From an uncultured SAR86 cluster bacterium (GTDB taxonomy: Bacteria > Pseudomonadota > Gammaproteobacteria > Magnimaribacterales > D2472), in the NCBI GenBank assembly GCA_902509555.1, contig CABWYS010000002.1, positions 1,478 to 65,477 on the forward strand: a stretch of DNA of 64,000 nt, written 5' to 3'. Positions 19,640 through 27,787 of the stretch are shown piece after piece. The notes beneath the pieces were generated by a model. The model saw only the letters and a program-made list of their open reading frames with translations, was not told the origin of the DNA and did not search any database. A program made the translations under genes and the position numbers. Each line of letters begins with the position of its first letter. The first letter of the stretch is position 1.

Positions 19640-20236
19640 ATGTCATTAGAAGAATTAAGGGTGATAACAATTGTTTATGTTAGCGCCCTTGTTCCTCTAA
19701 TTATTTATTTTTATAAAAAAGATAAAATCCCAATCTGGGTACCATCGATATATTTAGGGGCATTTCTTGCCTGTGCATTTGGTTGGGAGCTTTGGTTTAC
19801 CTATGGATGGATTGAAGGAGATCCAGTCAATTTAAGAAGATCGGAAATTTTAAATCAATGGATTCCCATTCATACAAACTGGCTCTTAAACTCAATGGCA
19901 GATGCTGGAACAATTTCCCTTGGAGGGTTGTGGCTAATGTGGAGATACAGCGGAAAAAATTATCAGGTTTTTCAGCAATGGAATTGGCCTGCATTTAGTA
20001 TTTTATTAGTATGGTGCATCACGCAGAACCTTCTTGTGGAACTATTTTTGTATTACGATCAATTGTCTGAGGGAAAACTTCTTTCATGGGCCCCTTTAGC
20101 ACCTACTGGACAATTTTTTAACCCGCTATTATTTGAATTCAATGGAAGAAGTGTAATGCTTCAAACACAATTACCTTGGTTGATAATGGCTCCAGTGTTA
20201 TACAAAACTGTAATCATAATGGCTAGAAAATCCTAA
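19640..20236 (+). CDS. Trp-rich integral membrane protein of unknown function
   Basis: 198 aa with 4-5 hydrophobic helices. It starts 4 nt after the DUF4177 gene. I recognise no family. Confidence 0.55.
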   Translation: MSLEELRVITIVYVSALVPLIIYFYKKDKIPIWVPSIYLGAFLACAFGWELWFTYGWIEGDPVNLRRSEILNQWIPIHTNWLLNSMADAGTISLGGLWLMWRYSGKNYQVFQQWNWPAFSILLVWCITQNLLVELFLYYDQLSEGKLLSWAPLAPTGQFFNPLLFEFNGRSVMLQTQLPWLIMAPVLYKTVIIMARKS

Positions 20237-20328
20237 ATAAGCCAGTCTAAAATTTTTTACTCCCGCCGGACTTTAAATACAAAATTATATGCTTAAAAAA
20301 CCTTACGTATTAGGTGTATTATCACTAA

Positions 20329-21615
20329 ATGAGTTCTGAACAACATAGAGTTATAGGTTTTTGGCGAGGCTGGTCTATAGCCGTTGGTTGTGCCATAGGT
20401 TCTGGTATTTTCATGATGCCTACAATGTTGGCTCCCTACGGGATGCTTGGATTTGGTGGATGGATAATAGCTGGTGGAGGCTCAATTTTAGTTGCCTTAA
20501 CAATGGCTAGGCTAGTAAAAAGGATTCCAAAAACTGGCGGTCCTTATGTTTATGTAAATGAGGGGCTTGGTAATTTTTCAGGTTTTATCATTGCTTGGAC
20601 CTATTGGGTAGCATGCATTTCTGCAATTGCAGGAATATCAATTGCATTTGTTGGTTACTTGAGTTTTTTTATTCCTACAATTTCAAGTGCTCCAATTTAT
20701 TCTTTGTTTGCATCATTGATACTGGTATGGACCATTGTTATTCTAAATATCAAGAGTTTAGAAAATAGCTCTAAATTTCAACTAATCTCAACCATATTAA
20801 AAATACTTCCTCTCATATTTATTATTTTTCTTGGTGCGGCTAACTTTAATAACAGCAATTTACCTGATCTAAATCCTGGTAATCTTCATCCAATTTCATT
20901 GCTTGCTACTGTAACAACTCTAGTAATGTGGTCATTTATTGGTATTGAGACTGCTACGGTCCCAGCAGATAATGTTATCAATCCTCAAGAAACTATCCCA
21001 AAGGTTTTAATTGCTTCTGTTTTAACAATCTTAATTCTGTATATCTTAGTAAGTATTGCAATAGCCGCAATTGTTCCAGCAAATGAATTAATTAACTCTT
21101 CTGCGCCATTTGCATTGGCAGCGACAAAGATTTTAGGAGTCACGGGAGGCATAATAATAAGCATAGGAGCCCTTATTTCTACACTTGGCTCATTAAATGC
21201 AAACACACTAACTGCAGGCAATATTAGCCTTGCAGCAGCAAGGGATGGGTTACTGCCTAGCAAATTTATAATGTTAACTAAAGCTGGAACACCTGTTTTT
21301 ACGTATCTGTTAACAGGAAGTTTTGTAAGCGTTCTTTTAATATTGAATTATACAAAAGGTATCGTAAATGCGTTTGTTTTTATGGCTATGCTCTCAACAC
21401 TATCAACATTAATTGCTTACGCTTTCTGTGCGATTGCTGAGTTTAAGTTTGTGCAAACTGATGAGAAAAATCAGGAACGAAATAATGCTCTTTTGTTATC
21501 ATGTGGAACTTTTTTGTATGCATTTTTTGCTATATGGGGTGCTGGCATTGAAATGATAATCTATTCGCTTATTCTAATTTTAATCGGAACACCTATTTAC
21601 CTGCTGAAGAAATAG
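20329..21615 (+). CDS. APC-superfamily amino acid/polyamine permease
   Basis: 428 aa with about 12 TM helices. N-terminal GCAIGSGIFMMP motif typical of APC transporters. Confidence 0.85.
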   Translation: MSSEQHRVIGFWRGWSIAVGCAIGSGIFMMPTMLAPYGMLGFGGWIIAGGGSILVALTMARLVKRIPKTGGPYVYVNEGLGNFSGFIIAWTYWVACISAIAGISIAFVGYLSFFIPTISSAPIYSLFASLILVWTIVILNIKSLENSSKFQLISTILKILPLIFIIFLGAANFNNSNLPDLNPGNLHPISLLATVTTLVMWSFIGIETATVPADNVINPQETIPKVLIASVLTILILYILVSIAIAAIVPANELINSSAPFALAATKILGVTGGIIISIGALISTLGSLNANTLTAGNISLAAARDGLLPSKFIMLTKAGTPVFTYLLTGSFVSVLLILNYTKGIVNAFVFMAMLSTLSTLIAYAFCAIAEFKFVQTDEKNQERNNALLLSCGTFLYAFFAIWGAGIEMIIYSLILILIGTPIYLLKK

Positions 21616-21619
21616 AATC

Positions 21620-22486
21620 GTGAATATATTAAATGAGTACTCTCAAATAAATGAAGTCGCTATAAGATCCCCGCTTTCAAGCTTTATTGATGATGAGAAA
21701 CTTTTAAGTGAATGGGAGGCCCTAAGATATCATTCAAAACCTGATTTTAAAAAAGCAATTAATGAATATAAGTATTTTAGAAGTTTGCTTACAGATGATG
21801 GAATGGAAGTAATTGATTTACCCCCTTCCAACGAATTAACCCTCGATAGCATTTATACAAGAGATAGTATTTTATTGTGTGAGAAAGGCTTAATTCTATG
21901 CAACATGGGCAGAGCAAGCAGAACGCCTGAAGCCATAGAGAATTTCAAAACACTCTCATCAAGAGGTTATAAAATTGGGGGGCAAATAAAAGCTCCAGGA
22001 ACATTAGAGGGTGGTGATTTTATATGGATTGATAATAAACATGCCGCTGTTGGGCTGGGACCAAGAACAAACGCCGAAGGTATAAGGCAACTAAAAGAAA
22101 TATTAGGTCCAAATGTTGATCTTCATATTGTAAATTTACCTGATCCAGATCATCCAGACGATGTGCTGCATTTGATGTCAATAATTTCACCGCTCGATAA
22201 GGACTTGGCTCTAATATATAAACCATTCATACCAAAGCCCTTCATTAAGTGGCTGAGTGATCTAGGTATACAATTTGTTGAAGTGTCTAATTCAGAGTAT
22301 CCCTTGATGGGATGTAATGTTTTGGCAACTTCACCAAGATCAATTATCATGCTTGAACAACTACCGCAGGTTCAGTTTGAACTTGAGAATGCTGGATGTA
22401 AAATAAGATCTTATAAGGGAATTGAAATTAGTCGAAAAGGTGAAGGTGGGCCAACCTGCCTAACCAGGCCCTTAAAAAGAATTTAA
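21620..22486 (+). CDS. Guanidino-group-modifying enzyme, DDAH / amidinotransferase-superfamily hydrolase
   Basis: 288 aa. The C-terminal GEGGPTCLTRPL carries the superfamily's catalytic Cys context. Internal LEGGDF and HL(M)S motifs. GTG start 4 nt after the permease stop. Confidence 0.7.
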   Translation: MNILNEYSQINEVAIRSPLSSFIDDEKLLSEWEALRYHSKPDFKKAINEYKYFRSLLTDDGMEVIDLPPSNELTLDSIYTRDSILLCEKGLILCNMGRASRTPEAIENFKTLSSRGYKIGGQIKAPGTLEGGDFIWIDNKHAAVGLGPRTNAEGIRQLKEILGPNVDLHIVNLPDPDHPDDVLHLMSIISPLDKDLALIYKPFIPKPFIKWLSDLGIQFVEVSNSEYPLMGCNVLATSPRSIIMLEQLPQVQFELENAGCKIRSYKGIEISRKGEGGPTCLTRPLKRI

Positions 22487-22489
22487 AAT

Positions 22490-23650
22490 ATGAAACAACA
22501 GTTTAAAAGCTTGCCTGCATGGACATATACAAGCGAGGCATTTTTCGAGCTCGAAAAAAAAGAATTAATTCTTAAAAATTGGCAGTTAGTTTGCCATCTT
22601 TCAAACATACCTGATCCAGGGAATTTTTTTACATTTGATATTTTTAATGAACGAATTTTTGTTATAAGAAGCGAAGATGGATCTGTTGCAGCATTTCATA
22701 ATTTTTGTTCTCACAGAGGTACCAAACTAATTGATGAGGTTTCTGGAACTTGCAATAATAAAATAACCTGTCCATATCATGCTTGGGGATATGATTTTAA
22801 GGGCAATCTAATCAAGGTTCCTTATGAGGACCAGTTCAAAGATTTCAATAAAAAAGATAATGGACTGCAAAGTGTTGAATTGGAGATTTTTCAAGGTTTT
22901 ATTTTTGTTAAATTATTAGAATCAGAGATGCCAAGCGTTCAAGAACAATTTGCACCATATATCCAAGAAATTGAGCAATATAGACTTGAAGAAATGCAGC
23001 CATTGGGTCGCGTAACAATGAGACCCAGGAATGTAAATTGGAAGCAAGTCGCTGATAACTATATCGATACTTTGCACATACCTATAGCGCATCCTGGATT
23101 ATCAAATCTTGTTGGTAAGAGCTATGGAGCTGAAGTCTCAAGCAATAATGGATATATACATAAAATGTGGGGAGACGGAGCTAATATTCGTAAAGATAAC
23201 TTATCTAACAGACTCTATGATAAATACTTGCCTCATATGGATCATCTTCCAGATGAGAAACAAAGATATTGGCTTTATTACAGATTATGGCCAAATCTTG
23301 CCTTTGATATTTACCCAGAACAAATGGATTTCATGCAATTCATTCCTATCGATGCAAACACAACAATGATACGAGAAATAGCCTATGCCCTTCCAGACGA
23401 ACGTCGGGAAACTAAGGCTGCTCAATATTTAAACTGGAGAATTAACAGACAAGTAAACAATGAAGACACTTATTTAATAAACTTGGTTCAAGAAGGAATG
23501 AATACGAATAATTTTAAATCGGGTCCTCTTGCCTCTTCTGAGGTCTGTTTAATAGATAGCGCTAATAAGATAAGAGAAGCTATACCTATTTCAAGACAAG
23601 AGTTAAAACCCCATGAATCCGAAATACTTAAAATGAATTCAGAGATTTGA
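22490..23650 (+). CDS. Rieske [2Fe-2S] non-heme-iron oxygenase, alpha subunit-like
   Basis: 386 aa. Rieske motif CSHRG...CPYHAW and mononuclear iron motif DNYIDTLHIPIAHPG. Confidence 0.85.
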   Translation: MKQQFKSLPAWTYTSEAFFELEKKELILKNWQLVCHLSNIPDPGNFFTFDIFNERIFVIRSEDGSVAAFHNFCSHRGTKLIDEVSGTCNNKITCPYHAWGYDFKGNLIKVPYEDQFKDFNKKDNGLQSVELEIFQGFIFVKLLESEMPSVQEQFAPYIQEIEQYRLEEMQPLGRVTMRPRNVNWKQVADNYIDTLHIPIAHPGLSNLVGKSYGAEVSSNNGYIHKMWGDGANIRKDNLSNRLYDKYLPHMDHLPDEKQRYWLYYRLWPNLAFDIYPEQMDFMQFIPIDANTTMIREIAYALPDERRETKAAQYLNWRINRQVNNEDTYLINLVQEGMNTNNFKSGPLASSEVCLIDSANKIREAIPISRQELKPHESEILKMNSEI

Positions 23651-23673
23651 ATAATCTATAAATTAAACTTCTA

Positions 23674-23970
23674 TTATTTTGGAGTCCGGCCTGTTACCGG
23701 ATGAACAATTTCAGTTGGTGGGCTTGTTGAGGAATCGGCTGTAATTGAGTTAGAGGCAGAAGAACCTGAGATGAATTTTTGAAAATCTAAAATTTCTTTT
23801 GCAATTAATTTACAATCTAGATCTCTTCTCAATGCCTCATCAAGCATTAACCTAAAATAGTCATCTGAAACAGATTGCTTTTTATATATCATGCTGTAGC
23901 AAAGACTTGGATTAGATTTTGATTCAATTGTTGTTTTTAGTTGAACACTCGAACAGCCAATAAGGTGCAA
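23674..23970 (-). CDS. Putative lipoprotein; the true start is probably upstream at a non-canonical codon
   Basis: The track ORF starts at TTG 23970 with MHLIGCSS, a lipobox L-I-G-C at residues 3-6. The in-frame upstream codons (to 24009) read FKILIKYFNLVII, which looks like the missing signal peptide. Confidence 0.55.
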   Translation of the reverse strand: MHLIGCSSVQLKTTIESKSNPSLCYSMIYKKQSVSDDYFRLMLDEALRRDLDCKLIAKEILDFQKFISGSSASNSITADSSTSPPTEIVHPVTGRTPK

Positions 23971-24009
23971 GATTATAACTAAATTAAAATATTTAATAAG
24001 AATTTTGAA

Positions 24010-24552
24010 TCAGATAATGGTATGAGGGGCTGCAAAAAACTTATTAATTAAGGGCTCAAACGATTCCAAGGTATCAGTTTTATACTCAGGATCAAATGCA
24101 GCTTGATCCCATTCATCCGTGAATTCAGTTGCTTTTGCATACCATGATTCATTCTCAAACTTTTTTCGTAGATCTTGGGGCTTGCCCATGTAGTGATAGT
24201 AATGTTCTCCCTGAAAATCCTGATGAGTACGAATAATATGGTAAGCATCTTCGCTAACGTAAGGTTTAATCATTTCTGCTGCAATTTGACCATGGTTAGG
24301 CACGTTAATAACTTTTCCAATATCATGTAACAAGCTTATAAGCACCATCTCGTCATCTGCACCTGCCCTCCTAGCCATTGTAGCGGTTTGCAAAGCATGA
24401 TGGAGTTGATCAGTTCCAAAACCAAGGGTTAATGACTCGGTTTGCTTGAGCATGGAGATAATTCTTTTTGGCATATCAAAGATATGTGGCATATGCTCAT
24501 CACTTATATGCTGCCATTCCTCTTCAGTGCCATGGTCCATTCTTGTAAACAT
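24010..24552 (-). CDS. HD-domain metalloprotein (COG4341-type, PhnZ/MIOX-like family candidate)
   Basis: 180 aa. HHALQTATMARRAGADDEMVLISLLHDIGK (H...HD), further His residues, and C-terminal DEWDQAAFDP. Confidence 0.6.
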   Translation of the reverse strand: MFTRMDHGTEEEWQHISDEHMPHIFDMPKRIISMLKQTESLTLGFGTDQLHHALQTATMARRAGADDEMVLISLLHDIGKVINVPNHGQIAAEMIKPYVSEDAYHIIRTHQDFQGEHYYHYMGKPQDLRKKFENESWYAKATEFTDEWDQAAFDPEYKTDTLESFEPLINKFFAAPHTII

Positions 24553-24632
24553 AAAATTACCTAAATCTTATTTATTAGATAATAAATTAACTTATTCAGG
24601 CCAAAAAAGGAAATTTATACTATTATTTAGTT

Positions 24633-25028
24633 ATGAAATATATTACTAACCGAATTAAAATTCTCTTTTATTTTAGTTTATTATTTTTATCTCCTTTGTA
24701 TCTATATGCTCAATCAGAACAAGCTATAGAAGTGAAAGAGGCCTATAAATATGTGGGTGAAACCAAAATTGTGTGCGGTAGAATAGTTTCAACAAAATAT
24801 TTAAAAAGAGCGTCTGGGGGGCCTATATTTCTAAATTTTGGAAGAGACTACCCGAATCAGCAAATGACTGGTTTGATATGGTTTGGTAGATTTTCAGAAT
24901 ATTTTTCATACAAGCCAGAAAAATTTCTTAAAAGAAAAAGCGTTTGTGTTAAAGGTTATATTTCTGAGCATGAGGGAAAAACACAAATGGAAATAAGAAC
25001 TGAGAAACAGATTAAAATAAGAGAATAA
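24633..25028 (+). CDS. Secreted hypothetical protein
   Basis: 131 aa with an N-terminal signal peptide (LFYFSLLFLSPLYLYAQ). No family recognised. Confidence 0.5.
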   Translation: MKYITNRIKILFYFSLLFLSPLYLYAQSEQAIEVKEAYKYVGETKIVCGRIVSTKYLKRASGGPIFLNFGRDYPNQQMTGLIWFGRFSEYFSYKPEKFLKRKSVCVKGYISEHEGKTQMEIRTEKQIKIRE

Positions 25029-25029
25029 T

Positions 25030-25467
25030 TTAAGAAACTGTAAATTTTAAAACGGTATGGAGTTTTGCAGCATTCATTAAATCATCTGTATATGGCAAAC
25101 CGTCTTTATCTAGTTTAATCTTTGCAAAATAAGCATCAACTTTATTGTTAGTGACAAGATCTCTTAAAGTACTTTCAACAACCTGGTCATTATTAAATTC
25201 TATTTTAATTTGCGCATCTCTTAGCTTGCCCTTAAGCCAAATTTGAGTATGAGTTATTTCTTTGAGATTTCTCCACCAAATGTTCGACCTCAGTGTGACG
25301 CATGTGTATGAGGATGCGTGTTGATGATAGCTAACTGGAACTAAGTAATTTTTTCTAGATTTTTTGCCCTCAAATTTAATAACAAGTATCTGATGACTGA
25401 TAATAAAATGAAGCGGTGATCTTGCCAGCAATGCAACAAAGGGATTTATTAGAAACCATAAATTCAT
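25030..25467 (-). CDS. Hypothetical protein, DUF385 / split-barrel nitroreductase-like (weak)
   Basis: 145 aa. The pattern GKKSRKNYLVPVSY...WWRNL resembles deazaflavin-dependent nitroreductase-family proteins. Confidence 0.4.
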   Translation of the reverse strand: MNLWFLINPFVALLARSPLHFIISHQILVIKFEGKKSRKNYLVPVSYHQHASSYTCVTLRSNIWWRNLKEITHTQIWLKGKLRDAQIKIEFNNDQVVESTLRDLVTNNKVDAYFAKIKLDKDGLPYTDDLMNAAKLHTVLKFTVS

Positions 25468-26159
25468 TAATCTAATTCCTTTACTCGGTATGCGCTCTCA
25501 TGAATTTTATTTAATTCAAGAGTAACTCTATAAGAATTTTTATTTTTTTTAAATCTAATGGTTGAATTAGGTTTCTCATCTATAAAATGAAGAGCAGCTC
25601 CTCCTTCTATACCATACATAAAATCAATAGATTGATCCTCAAGAAATTTTTTAGTTGCTGGACGTCTTTCTGGCTCTTCATCATAGTGGGGGGCACAATT
25701 TCCAGGGATAAAATTCATACAATCCATCATCTTAAGTTCACTATCCCAGGAATCAGTTAATCCACTTTCAAACCAGCAAATAGCCCCTGCACTAACACCA
25801 CTCATTACAACACCTTGATCATATGCATGTTTTAAAATTGAATCTAGGCCCCAGTCTCTCCAAACAGCCAACATACTTTTAGTATTACCTCCTCCAACAA
25901 AAATAGCATCTTGTTTTAAGATGTGATCTTCTAGATCGATAGTCCTTTTAAAAAAGCTTATATGGGTAGGTTCACAATTAAGTCTAGAAAAGACAGAGTA
26001 GTAATTAACAATATACGGATCTAAATCTCCTGTTGCTGTTGGAATAAAAGAAATTTTTGGATTTTTCTTAGATGTTTGATCTAGGATAAATTGTTCAATT
26101 AAATTTGATTCTTGAGTCCTACCGAAACCACCTCCACCAATTGCAATTACTTGACGCAT
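25467..26159 (-). CDS. Peptidase S51 family (dipeptidase E / cyanophycinase-like)
   Basis: 230 aa. IAIGGGGF, FVGGGNT and the nucleophile motif GVSAGA. Confidence 0.75.
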   Translation of the reverse strand: MRQVIAIGGGGFGRTQESNLIEQFILDQTSKKNPKISFIPTATGDLDPYIVNYYSVFSRLNCEPTHISFFKRTIDLEDHILKQDAIFVGGGNTKSMLAVWRDWGLDSILKHAYDQGVVMSGVSAGAICWFESGLTDSWDSELKMMDCMNFIPGNCAPHYDEEPERRPATKKFLEDQSIDFMYGIEGGAALHFIDEKPNSTIRFKKNKNSYRVTLELNKIHESAYRVKELD

Positions 26160-26185
26160 TTTACTCCCTGATAGATATTAGATTT

Positions 26186-27787
26186 ATGAAATTTAGTCAC
26201 AAATATATCATTATTGGCGCAGGAAGTGCAGGCTGCGTTTTGGCAAATAAACTCTCAGAAAATCTTGAAAATTCTGTTCTATTAATTGAAGCGGGTCCAA
26301 TGGATAAACATTCGTCAATTAAAATGCCGTTAGCTGCTAGCTCTTTATTTAAAAATAAAAAATATGGTTGGGGGTATGAAACTGAACCAGAAAAAAAATT
26401 AAACAATAGAACAATTAACTGGCCACGAGGAAAAACTCTCGGAGGAAGTAGCTCAATCAATGGGATGCTTTATATCAGAGGGCAAGCTGAAGACTATCAA
26501 GGTTGGAAAAATGAAGGAAATGAAGGATGGGGTTATAGAGATCTAATGAAATACTTCGTTGCACTTGAAAATAACCAGAATCATGAAGATCAATTTCATG
26601 GAAATTTTGGTTCACTGTGGGTAGAAACTTATCAACCAATACTTGAGGCTTCTAGATCTTTTTTAAATGCTTGCAAGGAATATGGGTTAACTAAAAATAA
26701 TGATTTTAATGGCGAAGATCAAGAGGGATATGGTCAATATCAGGTTAATATTAAAAACGGACAAAGGTTTAGTGCATCTGATGCTTTTTTGAAACCTATA
26801 CTCGATAGACCCAATCTCCAGTTATTAACAAACACTTTAGTTGAAAAAGTTATCACGTCAAACAAAAGAGCAATAGGTGTAAAAATAAAAAATAAAAGTG
26901 GCATTCAAATTATTGGATGCACATCTGAGATAATACTCTGCGGTGGAAGTATAAACTCACCTCAGTTATTAATGCTGTCTGGAATAGGTCCAAAGAAACA
27001 TCTCAAAGATCTCAAAATACCCTTAGTACATGATTTACCTGGTGTAGGAAAAAACTTACAAGATCATCTAACGGTAAATATAAGCTACAAAATTAATAAA
27101 TTAAAAACTTTTAGTGAGCTAATGAACCCTTTGGGTATGATTAAAAATTTTTTTGAATACTTCACCCAGCAAAAAGGATTAATGACATATCCAGCTTCAG
27201 ACATAGGAATATTTTTAAAAACTAATCTATTTGAAAAAACTCCAAATGCTCAAGTTCACTTTGCACCAGGTGCTGGAAAATACAATAAAAATGGTGCCAT
27301 GAAGCCTTCATCTGGAATAACAGCATCTGTCTGTAATTTAAGGCCTCAAAGTCGAGGTCATCTTGAGCTGGTTTCTTCCGATCCAAAAGATGCACCAAAA
27401 ATCTATGCAAATTATCTTGATGAAACAAAAGATATAGAATCGATGATTGAAGGAGTTCAAAAGATTAGGGAAATATTTAAAACCTCTCCCATGCAAGAAT
27501 TGGGAGCAACGGAATTAAAGCCCGGGAGTCAATGTATTAAAAAAACTGATATTGAGGAATTCATCAGAAATGAGTCTTTATCAGTTTATCATCCAATAGG
27601 AACATGCAAGATGGGTAAAGGTGAGGAATGCGTAGTAGACGACGAATTGAAAATAAAAGGTATCAAGGGGCTCAGGGTGGCTGATGCATCAATATTTCCA
27701 AGCATCATTTCAGGTAATACAAATGCAACTTGCAATGTAATTGGAGCCAAGTGTGCAGATTTAATTCTAGAAATAAATAAAGTTTAG
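26186..27787 (+). CDS. GMC-family FAD oxidoreductase (choline/alcohol dehydrogenase-like)
   Basis: The track ORF starts at 26105 and overlaps the divergent peptidase gene. The ATG at 26186 gives MKFSHKYIIIGAGSAGCVLANKLSE (FAD GxGxxG). The GMC signature region GGSSSINGMLYIRG is present. Confidence 0.85.
   Translation: MKFSHKYIIIGAGSAGCVLANKLSENLENSVLLIEAGPMDKHSSIKMPLAASSLFKNKKYGWGYETEPEKKLNNRTINWPRGKTLGGSSSINGMLYIRGQAEDYQGWKNEGNEGWGYRDLMKYFVALENNQNHEDQFHGNFGSLWVETYQPILEASRSFLNACKEYGLTKNNDFNGEDQEGYGQYQVNIKNGQRFSASDAFLKPILDRPNLQLLTNTLVEKVITSNKRAIGVKIKNKSGIQIIGCTSEIILCGGSINSPQLLMLSGIGPKKHLKDLKIPLVHDLPGVGKNLQDHLTVNISYKINKLKTFSELMNPLGMIKNFFEYFTQQKGLMTYPASDIGIFLKTNLFEKTPNAQVHFAPGAGKYNKNGAMKPSSGITASVCNLRPQSRGHLELVSSDPKDAPKIYANYLDETKDIESMIEGVQKIREIFKTSPMQELGATELKPGSQCIKKTDIEEFIRNESLSVYHPIGTCKMGKGEECVVDDELKIKGIKGLRVADASIFPSIISGNTNATCNVIGAKCADLILEINKV

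Noticed and set aside
19085-23650. Possible genomic island integrated at the tRNA-Ser gene.
   Set aside because: There is no integrase, no direct repeat of the tRNA 3' end, no mobility genes and no obvious compositional shift. The tRNA 3' end faces the serine-hydrolase gene rather than the plus-strand block.
24007-24012. TGA read-through or recoding that would join the HD-domain gene to the in-frame lipoprotein ORF.
   Set aside because: TGA also appears as a normal stop elsewhere, for example at the end of the Rieske gene at 23648-23650. A cytosolic HD domain fused to an internal lipoprotein signal peptide makes no biological sense. A non-canonical start is the simpler explanation.
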